A DNA stretch of 64,000 nt. Origin: Lama guanicoe (taxonomy: Eukaryota). The stretch is taken from positions 6,897,838-6,961,837 of the forward strand of contig MU056050.1 of NCBI GenBank assembly GCA_013239625.1, given 5' to 3'. The position numbers and the translations under genes are program-made. Each line of letters opens with the position of its first letter. Within the stretch, counting starts at the first letter, position 1. Below the pieces are notes generated by a model. It had not been told where the DNA came from, made no database searches, and was given only the letters and a program-made list of their open reading frames with translations. This document shows, piece by piece, positions 40,810 to 54,360 of this stretch.

Positions 40810-43210
40810 AAATTGAGATAAATTAACATAAAAATTCACCATTTTAAAGTGTGCAATACAGTGATTTCTAACATATTCACAGTGTTGTATAACTATCTCC
40901 ACTGCCTAATTAGAGCATTTTCATCATCCCCAAAAAGAAGCCCCATACTTGTTAATAGGCATGCCCAACTCCTTCCTATCCACATCACCAAGCAATCTTT
41001 AATCAATTTTGTGTCTGTACAGATCTGCCTATTCTGGAGATTGCACATAAATGAGATCACAATATGTAGCTTATTGTATCTAGCTTTTTTCATGTAGCAT
41101 TTTATTTAAATTTAATTTTTATTTATTTTTTAATGGAGGCACTGGGTATCAAACCCATGACCCCATGCATGCTAAGCCAGAACTGTACCACTGAGCTACA
41201 CCCTCCCTGATCACTTAGAGTGTTTTTGAGGTAAGTTCATCCATGTAGTAACATGTATCAATACTTTTTTATGGCTACTTAATATTTTATTGTATAGATA
41301 CACCACTTTTTGTTTATCCATTATTCAGCTGACTGTTGTCTAGGTTGTTTCCACTTTTTGGATATATAAATAATGCAGTTATGAATATTGGTGTACAAGG
41401 TTTTTTTAAAAACAGCTTTATTGAGATATAGTTCACGTATCATACAATTTATCTATTTAAAGTATACAAGTCAATATTTTTAGTGTAATCCCAGATATGC
41501 ATGACCACAGTCAATTTTAGAATATTTTCATCACCCCTAAAAGAAACTCCATGTATATTAACTAGCATGCCCTTACCCACCAACCCCCAGCTATTTCTCC
41601 AGTCCTAGGCTGCCACTAGTCTACTTTGTGTCTCTATAGAGTTCCCTGTTCCTGACATTTGAAATAAATGGAATCATATAATATGTCATCTTTTGTGACT
41701 GGATTCTTTCCTTTTGCATAATGTTTTCAAGGTTCATTCATGTTGTAGCATGTACTTCATTCCTCTGTATGGTCAGATAATATTCCAGTGCATGTATATA
41801 CCACATTTTGTTTATCCATTTGTCAGTTGATGGGCATTTAGGTTGTTTCCACCTTTTGCCTATTATGAACAGTGCTGCTGTGAACATTCATATACACATT
41901 TCTTTGTGAAAATATGCTTTCAGTTCTCTTGGTGTATACCTAAAAGTGTAAAATGCAGGGCCATATGATAACTCTATGATTAACTCTTTGATGAGCTGCC
42001 AAAATTTTTCACAGTCGCTGCATCATTTTTTGTTTCCATTAGAGTTACTAGGATTCCAATTTCTCCAGACCCTCACCAATACTTTTCAGTTTGTTTATTT
42101 GTTGTGTGTCTGTGTGTGTACGTGTGTGTGGCTTTTTGGCGCGGTTTTTCATTTGTTTATTTTTGGTTTTGGGGTTTTATTTTATTATAGCTATCCCAGT
42201 GTTGATATATGTTCCTAATGTCCCTAATACAATTCCTTAATCTATAATATTTCATGTATTTATTGGTCATTTGTACACCTTCTCTGGATGAGTGTCTACT
42301 CAAATCCTTTGCTCATTTTTACTTGGGCTATTTATCTTTTTTTGTTGAGTTGTAAGAGTTCTTTAAACATTCTGGATACTAGATTGTTATAGATAAATGG
42401 TTGGCAATTATTTTCTCCCATTCTGTGTCTTGTTTTCTCACTTACTTAATAGTGTCCTTTGATGTGTAAAAGTTTAATTTTGATGAAATCCAATCTATCT
42501 TTTTTTCTTATTCATGTTTAGGTACCGTATCTAAGAAACTGTAGCCTAATCCAAGGTTGCAAAAGTTTACTTATGTTTTATTCTAAGGGTTTCATAGTTT
42601 TAGATTTCACATTTAGGTTTGTTATCCATTCTGAGTTAATTTTTGTTTATAGTGTGACTTAGTGGGCCAACTTCATTCTTTTGCATGTGGATACCCAGTT
42701 GTTCCAGCACCATTCTTTAAAAAGACTATTCTTTCTCCCATTGAATGATCTTGGTATTCTTGTGAAAAATCAGTTGACTGTAAATATTTATTTAAGGGCT
42801 CCCAATTCTATTCCATTGATTTATATGTTTATTCTTATGCCAGTACCACACTGTCTTGATTACTTTAGCTTTGTACTAAGTTTTGAAATCAAAAAGTGTG
42901 AGTCCTTCACTGTCCTTTTTCAAGATTGTTTTGGCTCTTTAGGGTCTCTTGTATTTCTGCATGAATTTTAGGATAAACTTGTCCATTATGACAAAAACAG
43001 TTGGAATTTTGATAGAAATTACGTTTAATCTGTAGATTAGTCTGGGTAGTATTGCCACTTTAACAATATGACAAGTCTTCTAACTTATGAAACTGGATTT
43101 TCTATTTCTTCTTTCATTAATTTCCACAGTTTATGTCTTTCTAGGGATTTGTCCATTTCATCCAGGTTATCTAACTTGTTGACATACAATTGTTCATATT
43201 ATTCCCTTAT
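40810..43210 (-). mobile_element. Cluster of nested antisense L1 (L1MA/MB-like) fragments
   Basis: Repeated L1 3' antisense motifs (ttgagata..., ggttgtttccac..., tgcatgtggatacccagttgttccagcaccat). Confidence 0.85.
41100..41207 (-). mobile_element. Vic-1-like tRNA-derived SINE
   Basis: atggaggcactgggtatcaaaccc...catgcatgctaagc...accactgagctacaccctccc. Confidence 0.8.
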
Positions 43211-44071
43211 ACTCCATGTACGGTGGTAATTGAAGTTTGAACCATGTTATTTTGGACAGGCATTTTTTAAACCAAATTCTGCTATAGGTAATGTGTGCAT
43301 ATCAGAATCACACAAAAGGAGAACATATCCATCGCTCAACGTTGGGGGGCAAAATTTAACTGTGCCTATGTTCTCTCCTTTTCATACCTCTTCCTTCTCC
43401 CCACTTTTTAGTAATTTTATTTCTACTAATATTGCTTCCAGAGAGTAGCAAGAGGAATATGCAATACACCCTAAGCCAGTCAGTTTTGCTACTGATGGTT
43501 TCAGTCAAATATATTGGCAAAAATGGGGGGAGGGTTTAAGATTATCATCAGTCACATATTTTACATTATGTTCCTATGTTTTACTATCATGAAGTACTGA
43601 CTTAGCATTGCTTTGATAATGTTCTTCCACAAAGGATTTTTACTATAATAAATACTCTGTTATCTAACATCCTATTAACTGTAATCATCTGTTGATTCAC
43701 TGAGTCAATAAATATGGTTCTGGTACCAGGTGCTTGGAATATATTGTATCAGTGAACAAAACTGGCAATGATTCTTGCTTCTGTGGTTCTTATATTTTAT
43801 GTGGAGGTAAAGGGGATGGTGGGGGGTGCATAAGTCAATAATAATGAATCCCACTACAATATTTAAGACAGTGTTGCCAAGGTGTAAGGGGAAACTTACA
43901 GATATTTAAGTGCATACACACATGAAAAAAACAGCAGTTTTGACCAGATGATTAAAATTAGTATCATTAGTGAGGTACAGATGAAATATCACTTACCTCC
44001 AGATGTGATGCCCTGAGAAGGACACAAAAACTCAGCATCACTTATATATTCTAGCTAGATACATAAAACTT

Positions 44072-44600
44072 TTTGTTTTTATCGAAGTATAGTCTGTTTA
44101 CAATGTGTCAATTTCTGGTGTACAGCATAATATTTCAGTCATACATATATATACATATATTACTTTCCTATTCTTTTTCATTATAGTTTACTACAAGATA
44201 TTGAATATAGTTCCCTGTGCTATACAGTAGAAATTTGTTGTTTATCTATTTTATATATAGTAGTCAGTATCTGCAAATCTCAAACTCCCAGTTTATCCCT
44301 TCCCATCCCATTTCTCCCCTGGTAACCATAAGTTTGTTTCCTATGTCTGTGAATCTGTTTCTATTTTGTAAGTAAGTTCATCAGAGTCTTTTGCTTTTAG
44401 ATTCCACATACAAGTGGTATCATAAGGTAGTTTTCTTTCTTTTTCTGGCTGACTTCACTTAGAATGACGATGTCCGGGTCCATCTATGTTGCTGCAAATG
44501 ATGCACTCCCTGGTAGTCTACTGGTTAGGATTCAGCGCTCTCTCATGTTGCTGCAAATGGCATTATTTTGTTCTTTTTATGGCCAAGTAATATTCCATTA
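44072..44600 (-). mobile_element. Young lineage-specific L1 3' end, TSD ataaaactt
   Basis: gaagtatagtc...atattgaatatagttccctgtgctatacagtag...; ataaaactt at 44063 and 44601. Confidence 0.8.
44507..44542 (+). pseudogene. tRNA-Glu(CTC) 5'-half retrocopy (tailless)
   Basis: TCCCTGGTAGTCTACTGGTTAGGATTCAGCGCTCTC is 33/36 identical to the 5' 36 nt of mammalian tRNA-Glu-CTC; flanked by duplicated ATGTTGCTGCAAATG. Confidence 0.8.
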
Positions 44601-45083
44601 ATAAAACTTGAATCTAATCAGGAGAAACATCAGACAAACCCAAAATGGTGAATGTTCTTTAAAAATGATTGCATTATTTTGAAATGTCAATTCATAAAAG
44701 ACAAAGAAAGGCTATAAATTTTTCCAGATTAAAGGGGAGTAAATTAAATGTAATACCTGATCCTAGACTGTGTCACAAACTCAAGGGTAAATATTTTAAA
44801 AAGATATTATTGGACTTATTGACAAATGGAAATACAGATGTTAGATTATTATATTATAACAACATTAAATTTACTGAAATTTGGTGCATATGTAAGAGGA
44901 TATTCTTAGTCTTAGGAAGTATATACTGAAGTATTCATGGGTAAAAGAAGTACATATCCAAGTATTTATAGGTAAAAGGTCATGATACATTCAGCTTATT
45001 CTCAAATGTTTCAGAAAAATGTAACATACGTATATGTGTGTGTGTATGTGTTTGTGTGTGTCAATAGATAAGTAAATAGATAG

Positions 45084-45442
45084 TGTCTTAGTCATTTTGG
45101 GTTGCTGTAACAAAAATACCATAGACTGTGTGGCTTAAACAACAAGTGTTTATTTCTTATAGTTCTGGAGGTTGGGCAGTACAGGATCGAGAAATTGGCA
45201 GATTCAGCTCTGGTGAGGGCCCATTTCATTGTTCATAGGCTGAAGTCTTTTGCTGTGTTCTTACATAGTGAAAGGGATCTGAGAGTTCTTTGAGGTATCA
45301 TCTATAGGGACACTAATCCCATTCATGATCCACCCTAATGACCTAATTACCTCCCAAAGTCCTACCACCTAATACCATCATATTGGGAGTTAGAATTTCA
45401 ATATATGAATTTAGAGGGAACACAAACATTCAGTCCACCACA
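45084..45442 (-). mobile_element. MLT1A-like MaLR solo LTR
   Basis: tgtcttagtc...gctgtaacaaaaataccatagactg...gggaacacaaacattcagtccaccaca. Confidence 0.85.
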
Positions 45443-45606
45443 GATGAATAGATAGATCAAATGACAAAGCAAATGGGATAAATTGCTACATATATACATA
45501 TATATACACATACACACATACATAAAATGTTTTTTGTTGATTGAGATTACATATTATTATTTTGGAGTTTTTAATTGATTTCTTTTTTTAGACGTGTACT
45601 TAAAAG

Positions 45607-45698
45607 TTTTTTTTTTTCAAATGGAAGTACTGAGGATTGAACCCAGGACCTCATGCATGCTATGCACGCACTCTACCACTAAACTATACCCCTACCCC
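45607..45698 (-). mobile_element. Vic-1-like tRNA-derived SINE
   Basis: atggaagtactgaggattgaacccaggacctcatgcatgctatgcacgcactctaccact. Confidence 0.85.
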
Positions 45699-47279
45699 TT
45701 TAAATTGATTTGTTAATATATTTTTGATTATTAAAGAAATACAGTTTCCTTATAGAAAATTGAGTGTATGAGAAAGTTTACAGAAAAACCAAATGTGTAA
45801 TGCCACCTCCCAGAGGCAACCGTTAATTTTTATTTCCTTCAATTATTTTTTTCTATTTTTACAAAATTAAGATTAGATTGCATATACAAATCTGTATTTT
45901 GCCTTTTCTGGTTAATGTTATAAGCATTTAAATGCTCATTTTAAAAATCATAATTCTTCAGGCTCTTTTTTTTGCCAAGAATTCTTAGTTTTCCAAGTGA
46001 TTCACATTCTTGTATGACAGCAAATGTCTTACCCTGGGCTAAGAAAACAGAGGTCTAGAAAAGCAGAGCCTGAGCAAACTTGAGGACCAGCACTTTATTG
46101 TGAGGTGAAATATCAGGACACTGAGAGTGTGGGAATGGAGAAATCAGGCCAATGGATTAATGCTTAAGTGCTAATTCTTTTTAATTTATTTACTGCAATC
46201 AATGACTTTACTGAGCACCTACTGCCTCAGTATTAGAAGACTGCTGAGAGTTGATGCCGAAATCACCTAATCCACAACCTCATGGATATCTTTACACCTT
46301 GCATTGAGTTTGTCTACAGAGAAGTCCTTTCAAACTCAAATTACCCTCTTTCCTCTACTAAGAAAGGTCAGTGACCAGTTGAGGTTCTGTTTCTGTATAG
46401 GAGAGGCTTACCCAACACGATTAGTTGGAAGTAGGTTTTAGATCTTGCACTCTACATAAAAATGAGAAACGGTAGGTTGTCTATACCAATAGAGGGGTGG
46501 TGGCTAATAGGTGGGTTGATGGAGATTATGGAAAAATTAAATATCACCCCATCTTAAGTTATCTTTTGGTCACTGAAATTGTGAGGGAAGCCCATATATC
46601 ATGTTGAGAAAGCATGGTCCCACGAAAACATGGAGCAGAGTTGCAGCAAGTAGTTGAATAGAAAAGCAGGATAAGAAAACTAGTTTCTTAACATTTCCTG
46701 AGTCATGTCGTATTTACTTTGAAGAGGACTCCTACAGATGTATATTCAGATGAAAATTAAAAATAATTCCAAACTCAAGTAGAAAAGCATATGAGTATTA
46801 CATGTTTTGGGAGATATCCTTGATTCCCTTCCCTTCACTGTTTAAAAAAACCTTTTCCAAGCAGCATTATGACATTGTGAAAGAAGTTTGTCTGGTACTT
46901 CTTTCCCTTCTTCACTTTCCATGCTTCCTTCCCTACTGCCAACACAGACAAGTACTCTGGAAGCTCATGACACCCACCTGAGCTTGCCTTCTCCAGAGAG
47001 TGGCTTGTTATGTCTTTCAGTTCTTACCTCTTGCCCTAATTTTTCTCTGAAAACTTACCTACCCCTAGCATAAGTTACCTCAGGGACTTGTTCTTCGCTA
47101 GGTAACTATTACAACTAACAGACCTGGGGTAATGGACTAGAGTTGATCTTAAAGAGTGGTTGTGCACAGAAGGTGCTCTCATAGGAAGATAAGAATGGAG
47201 TACTGTCATGGCTGCTACATGATCGTACTTCTATAGTATTTGCCCATGCTACTATCTCTACCACTCTGTCCACACCCTT

Positions 47280-47540
47280 TTTGATTGGTTGACTCCTACC
47301 AGTAATTTAAGTTCAGCTATAACTTCCTCCAGAAAGCCTTCCCTGACACACCCAAGCTGAGTCAGGAGCCCACTTAGAGCATACCTCTATTATAACACTT
47401 TCATGCTTATGAACCATTTCTACCACTTGAATATAAGCACCTTGAAAGCAAGAACTGGGTCCCATTTATCACAGTATTCCCAAGACCTATCATTGTGCTC
47501 AATAAGTATTTTCTCCATGAGTGGATGAGTAAATGAATTA
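47280..47540 (+). mobile_element. L2 3' fragment
   Basis: cttcctccagaaagccttccctgac...gtgctcaataagtattt...atgagtaaatgaat. Confidence 0.65.
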
Positions 47541-48724
47541 GTACCCAAACTCAGCTCCCTTACCTCTGATACACAATGTCTGCTCAAATCAAACTGGTCC
47601 ATTGATAGTCATAGAAAGATTATTTTTATTTGTTTCGTTGTTTCCTTTCCTTCATGTCTTTCCTCTTACCTCAAATGCCTCTACTTTGCCTTATTAAGTT
47701 GTGTTTATCCTTCAAGACCCTATTTAGTCCAAACTCAGATTAAGACCAGACCTTCCACATTTATTTCCATCTTCTCTAATTTTCCATTTCTCTGAATTCT
47801 CACTGCACTTAACAGTCTGAATCACATATTTGATTATAAGTGTTCTTGCATTACTCACTAATCATTTCTGGGGTGTTGAGCCTAGCTTGCCAATCAAATG
47901 TTAAAGTCACAAAGGAAGGGTCTATGTTGTATGCTTCCTTGTGCTCCCCTTTAATATATTGCAATTATGTAAAGTACTGATTACAAAATTTTAAAACTCT
48001 CAACTTTGAAGGGCTAAGTCAATATCTATATACAGTTGTCAGAGATGAGTGAAAATTCTTTTCCTAGAAATTATACATGTGAACTGATCATTCTTGAGAC
48101 TTGTTCAAGAGCCCTCTACTGCTAATTGGTTTAATCAGAAATGTGAGGGACATATAAAGGCTTAACTGGCATCTTAGAGGCCTAGAAGATTAAACATGTT
48201 TTTTTTCACCGAAGTTTATGACAAGTGACTTTATCTTAATAAGACATTTATTCTACTTGCTCTATTGCACTTATTCTACACCAAGGCAGCATTGTTCAAT
48301 ATCCCCTGTAATTTGATATGTTCCCAAGAATCTCTGATCCTAGTATCTCATACTATCTATTCATTCATTCATTCATTCAACACATATTTATTGAACATCT
48401 GAAAAGAAAAGATAGTTGTGTGACTGCAAACAAAGTACTTTCCATCTCTGCGCCATCTGTAAATGGGGATGATAAAAAGAGTACTTTCCTGATAGAGTTG
48501 TTGTATTGAATAATTAATATTTATAAAGTACTGAGAACAGTGCTTGTCACACAATAAGTGCTATATAATTTTTAGTTACAATTGTAATCATTACTGTATA
48601 CCCAATGTTTCCACTGCTGCCTCTCTTTTCTTTCCTGCACTCAATTTCTTCCATTCACTAGTGTTCTGAAGGGGGTATTTTCTCTAGAAATCCCCACTCA
48701 TAATAAATATCCATTACCAGGAAC

Positions 48725-49700
48725 CAAAAATCAATTAATGTAATCCACCATATTAACAGGATAAAGGATAAAATCTATACAATCATTTCAGTAGATGTAG
48801 AAAGAGCACATGACAAAATCCAATGTCCATTCTTGATTAAAATTTTCAGAAAATTAGAAATTGTAAAGAATGTCCTCAATAAATAAAAGGCATCTACAAA
48901 ACACTTATAGCTAGCATCCATAATTAATGGTGAAAGATTGAACTGTTCTTTCTTAAGATAGGAACAAGGCAAGGATGCCACTATCATCACATCTATTCAC
49001 CATTGTACTGGAGGTCATAGCCATTGCAAAAAGGAAGAAAAAGAAATCGAAGGCATTAAGATTTTTAAAAAAAATCCCTATTTGTAGAGGATATGATTAT
49101 TAATATAAAAAACTCTAGAAAACCTAGAAAACAAATATTAAAACCAATAAGCGAATTTAGCAAGGTCACAGGATAGAGGGTTAATGTAGAAAATCAATTG
49201 CATCCTTATTTACCAACAGCAAACAATTGGAAAATGAAACTCAAAAAAGAAATCTATTTACAATAGCATTAAAATATCAAATATTTATAAATAAATCTAA
49301 TTAAATTCCTCTACATGGAAATTATAAAACAAAGCTGAGAGAAATTAAAGAATACCTAAATAGAGAAATATACCTGATCATGACTCATTATTGTTAATGT
49401 GATAATTCTCCCCAAATGATCTATAGGTATAACACAAACACAAACAAAACCCAGCAAGCTTTTTATTAATGTCTAAAAACACCATTGAGAAAAAGAAAAG
49501 GCAAGCGAGATACTGGCAAAGAGTATTCACAACACATATGGCAAACAAAAAACTTATATCCATCATACACATACACACACTCAGTAATAAGAAGACAAAA
49601 CAATAATGGGCAAAAGATTTGAACATATACTTGATGAAAAGAAGATATATATATATAAATGGCCAATAAGGTCATGAAAAAATACTTGATGTCATTAGTC
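48725..49700 (+). mobile_element. Degenerate L1 ORF2 (RT-region) fragment
   Basis: aatgtaatccaccatattaacagg...ggaacaaggcaaggatgcc...gaatttagcaaggtcacaggata. Confidence 0.85.
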
Positions 49701-51589
49701 ATCTGCTAAAGGTCTCATGAGAGGGCTTTCCTTCCTTTGGAGAAAGAGAAAGAGAGAGAGAGAGAGAGAGGAAATGAATACATCATAGGTACAGGAGGCA
49801 ACATCCCTCTTCTTTGCTGGATGCCCCCATTTGCATCTGACATCCCTGGTGTAGCTTTGCCAGGAGGTGACAGGAGATATTACTATCACGCTGAGGATGG
49901 CAGAGCAGAAAGAAGAAATCCACCTGGGTCTTTGATGACATACTGGAGCAACTCAATTAACCAATACTGGAACCATCTTCTCCAAAACTTATTTTATGAG
50001 ATAATAAATTTCTTATTAAAATAAGTCACTTCTGGTCAGGCATCCTGTTGCACTTGTGTTGATGCCTTGATCCTTTCGAGTAGAGTAAGAAGTGAGAGCA
50101 TGTGTGATAAAAATGAAGCGTGGAATTTGAAAAGTTTGAAACAGGTAATTTAGCTTTCTACCTGTAGCCCTCTCCCTTTTTGTCCCCCTCACCCCATCCC
50201 TACCCCACCTCCCACTGGACTCAGACAAGGGCTAGGAGACACAGAACTGGACTCGGAGGATCTCTGCCTCCTGATGACCTGGTCTTTGTTTTCGGCACAA
50301 GGTTATAGTGCTTGACTCCTTCTTCCTTGAGGACACGTTCTCTGTCAGGAGACTCCTCAGTCACTGGAGTCATTGGACATGTCTGAGCCCCAAGTTACAG
50401 CTTAGGCTCAAGTGGGGGCCCTAACTTCAGCATCATTTTGTGCATGTATCTAGAATGGTCTGCTGCCTTTGCGCGTACATAGAGAATGGAAATAGCCCAG
50501 ACTCAGGGTTGGGAAGTGGCATGGGCATGGGAGAAGGTCAGAGTATGCAGGAATTAGCATTGCTCCATTAGATTATAAATCCTGTGAAGGCCACACAGCA
50601 CACAGCTCAAATGCTGCATATACAGAGTTAGTGCTCAACAGACGTGTGTTGAGTGTATTTGAAGTGACTGGTTTCTAAACTGAAGGTCAAATGGCTTCCT
50701 TCTACTGAATCTTCCATTCAGAGAGTACCTTCCTTCTACCTGCCACTCTCTTCTCTCCCCCAAAAAGAAACCTTCAACATTTTCACATCAATTATCTGTT
50801 TATTTTTATGACATAGATAGGGAATAAGAAGAGGTTCATTTAATTTACCAGGAAGAAGTGAAGACACAGAGTTGACCTAACTTGGCCAAGGTCCCAGAAG
50901 GTGTCTGTAGCAGAGCTGGGATGGCCCACTAAGTCCTCAGGCTCTCAAGCCATTGTTCTGATGTCCCTGTATGTACTTGCTTTGATAGCACTTTCTTGGT
51001 TCTCTGTTATTAGCCTGCTAATTCCCCATGCCAGTCATACTCAGGAACGCCACAGTCCCAGGACAATGTAACTCAAGTGAATAAAAAAGGCACAATTTAG
51101 TATCTTTCTCCTTCAAAAGTGTGTATCAATTGCCTCATAAATCTGAAAATGTGTGCAGGAGCGTGTGCTGCTGGTTTTTTTCCTTCAGATATAAAAAGAT
51201 AGCAAGTGCTCTGAATGAACCATAGCTAAAAACCAAGTGAGAAATTCACCAGTTTAAGATTCTCTTAAAAGAGAACACTAACGAATATTCAAAGAGTTCT
51301 CCACGGAGTCCCTAAAGAATCAGAAGGGATGTACTCTTTCTCCTCACGGAGAAGTCTCCATGGCATCTCTACGTGCCGTTTGTTAAGAAAGCCTGGACGG
51401 TGGTAGAATGTTTAGCATAAACCTTGAAAACATGCTAAATTACTATTCTAAAAAACACTCTTTTTCCTCATTCACTTTCACTTTAGAGAGAAGCATAAAG
51501 GTGTTCAGAAGACAGGGAACAGAACTGGAGAAGTTTTAAAGGAGAAGCGCTGCAGAAGAAAGAGAAAAAAGAGAAAGAAAAAAAAAAGC

Positions 51590-51890
51590 AAGCAAGCAAG
51601 CGGGTGGGAAGGGGAGTGTGCGTGGGGGCTGAGGCTGCTGGTGTGAAGTGATTCTGAATTAGCCCCAGGCTAATCTCCTGCCACTCATCCGAGCAGACAA
51701 CTGCGCTGGGGCCGCAGGCCGTCGGACCTCCCTCTGCGCGGGACCAAGCGGAAGGATAAATAGTTCCTCCTTTAGGGGCTGCTCGCCTGCCCAGCGGCTG
51801 GCGCGAAGAGAGGCAAAGTGGTCTGGACCGCAGCTCTTCTCCCAGGGCCACACGGGTGGATTGCACTCCCCTAGGAAAAGCATTCATTCC
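51590..51890. promoter_or_regulatory. Small orphan CpG-rich cluster
   Basis: Local high GC and many CpGs within otherwise CpG-depleted DNA; not recognised as a repeat. Confidence 0.5.
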
Positions 51891-52750
51891 TCTACGGTTA
51901 AGTATGATGCTCTCTCATTGTTAAACATAATGTTAGCTGTAGGCTTTTGTAGATGTTCTTTACCAAGTTGAGAATGTTCCCCTCTTTTCCTTTTTATATG
52001 AATGGAGGTTGAATTTTGCCGAATGCTTTTCAGTGTCATAGGATTTTTCTTCTTTGGCCTGTCGTTATGGTTAGTTACCCGGAATGATTTTTAAATGTTG
52101 AACCAGCCTTTCGTACATGGAATAAATCCCACGTGGTTTTGGTTTATAATTCTTTTTATATATTGTTAGGCAATTTGTTGAGGATTTTTCTAAGTTCATG
52201 GGAGATACGTCTGTAGTTCTTTGTGTTTGTACTTTGTCTGGTTTTAGTATCAAGGTGATACTGGCTTCATAATAACTTGGGAAGTGTTATTCTGTTTTCT
52301 GGAGGAGGTTGGGTAGAATTGGTATTATTTCTGTTTAAATGTTTGGTATAATTATTCAGTGAAACTATCTGAGCCTGGAAATTTCTTTCTGACGAGGTTT
52401 TAAATTATAAATGAACACTCTTTAATAGTTGTAGGAGTATTCAGAGTAACTGCTTTGTCTTTAGTGAGTTTTGTTTGTGATTTTCAAGCAATTGGTCTAC
52501 TTCATCTCAATTCTAAAATATATGAGTGTAGAATTATGTGTAATATTTTCTTTCTATCCTCTTAATGTCTGTAGGATCTGTAGTGATATTACCTGCTTCA
52601 GTCCTGATATTGGTAATTGTGTCTTTTTTTTTCCCTTTGTCAGACTTGCCAGAGGTTTGTCAATTTTATTGATCTTTTAAAAGATCAAGCTCTTTGTTTT
52701 TTGGATTTTGTTCATTGTTTTTCTGTTTTCAGTTGCACTAATTTCTGCTC
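51890..52750 (-). mobile_element. Antisense L1 ORF2 fragment
   Basis: atgttagctgtaggcttttgtagatg...aggtgatactggcttcataa...ggtttgtcaattttattgatc. Confidence 0.8.
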
Positions 52751-54240
52751 TTAGACACAGGATTTGGGGGAAAAAAGCTTGTATAACAAATAATTATGAT
52801 TGTATGGTCCTGTTTATTTGAAATGACTAGGAAAAGCAAATCTATGGAGAGAGAAAGAAAATTAGTGGTTTCCCAGGCCTGAGGGTGGATATGGGGATGA
52901 ACTAACTGTAAATAGGCCTAAGGGATCTTAGTGGGGAGATGAAATGTTCTAAAGCTGGATTATGGTGATGGCTGCACAGCTTGGTAAATTTACTAAAAGT
53001 CATTAAATTGTACATTTGAAATGGGTGAATTTTAGAATGTGCGGTTTTTACCTCAAAAAAGTTGTAAATAGTAATTGTAAAATAATGTGAATACATGCAA
53101 TAGTAAAATCATGTAGTCTTGTCCCCCTTTAAAAGCCAAGGAAGTAGAGACTTAAGTGATTGGCCCCAAATCACATAACTAGTTAGTGTTAAGGTTAGCA
53201 TATGAATCTAGTCCTATTAACCCAAGACCAGTCATCACTAGAGGTACTAATAAAAGAAGGGATATAGAGGTACTTGTTAGGAAACAGGTACCCTTCCCAC
53301 AAGTGGAGGTTGCCCCTTTCTCAGAATGGTCCTCACCCTGTGAAACAAAGATCACACTGGGTGGTGACCTACATGGCATCTCACACATATGCTGCCAGCT
53401 GATGGGGCTGTGCAAACCAGCTACCCGCTGGCAGACCCTTTGGCTTGATCAGAGAGCTTAGTTTCAAGCAACAGATATCAGTTCTGAGTGATTAGGGTAG
53501 GAAAGGCATTTATCAGTTCACAGAATCATTATGAGGACTGAGAACCAGACTCAAGGCTGTGCAGCTAGGAACAATGCCTAAAATCACGCTGCAGATTCAG
53601 CCTAGAGAGAAAACTGCTGTTCTTGATGCTCCCAGGCATGCTGGTCTCTGCTCCTTCCCTCCACCACCGCCACCGCCCTGGGAATGCAATTTAGCCACAA
53701 CTGCAGCTGTTGCAAAAGAGAGAAAGCTCACTGCCATCAAAGTTCATATGTGTTACTAGTTCTTAACTCAAATTCCTATGCAGGTGCTTCTGATTGGCCC
53801 AGTGTAGATCATCGAGCTAAATCCAGGCTGAAGGGCAGACTGGTAAAATGAGTATTTGACACCTTTCTTCTTCCATAGTGATAGCCAGGCTCTGCTTTCC
53901 TCCAAGAATCATACACTGGTGAATTCCCTATGCACAGAAAGCAAGTTCAGATGCTGGGCAGCCAAAACAAATACACACACAAACACACGCACACTCAAAT
54001 TTCCACTACAGCCATGCTCAAACTGTGCTCCCAAAACCAGCATTATTGGCATCAACCATTAGAAATGAAGAACCTCTGGTCTTGCTCCAGAGCCTCAGAA
54101 TCAGAATCTGTTTTTTAACGGCCACTCCAGATTATTCATTTGTACAAAATATTAAAGTTTAGAATTGCTGCTCTACATTATACAATAGAAAGTCCTTTTT
54201 AATTTCCAAAGATTAGTCACTGTTACTCTCTACTCATCCA

Positions 54241-54360
54241 TAGCGGTATCAGATTTAACAAATAACAATACAGGGCTTCCAGTTAAATTTGAATTTCAAG
54301 ATAAACAGTGAATGCTTTTTTTTAGTATTAGTATGTCCTGTGTTCTATCTGACAACTCTA
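54241..54360. mobile_element. MER53-like hAT MITE (internally deleted)
   Basis: cagatttaacaaataacaatacaggg...cagttaaatttgaatttcaagataaaca...atctgacaactcta. Confidence 0.7.

Larger units (their letters stand above)
43900..45060 (+). mobile_element. Old L1MC/ME 3'UTR, split by a younger L1
   Basis: cagatgtgatgccctgagaaggacac ... gaatctaatcaggagaaacatcagacaaaccc. Confidence 0.7.
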
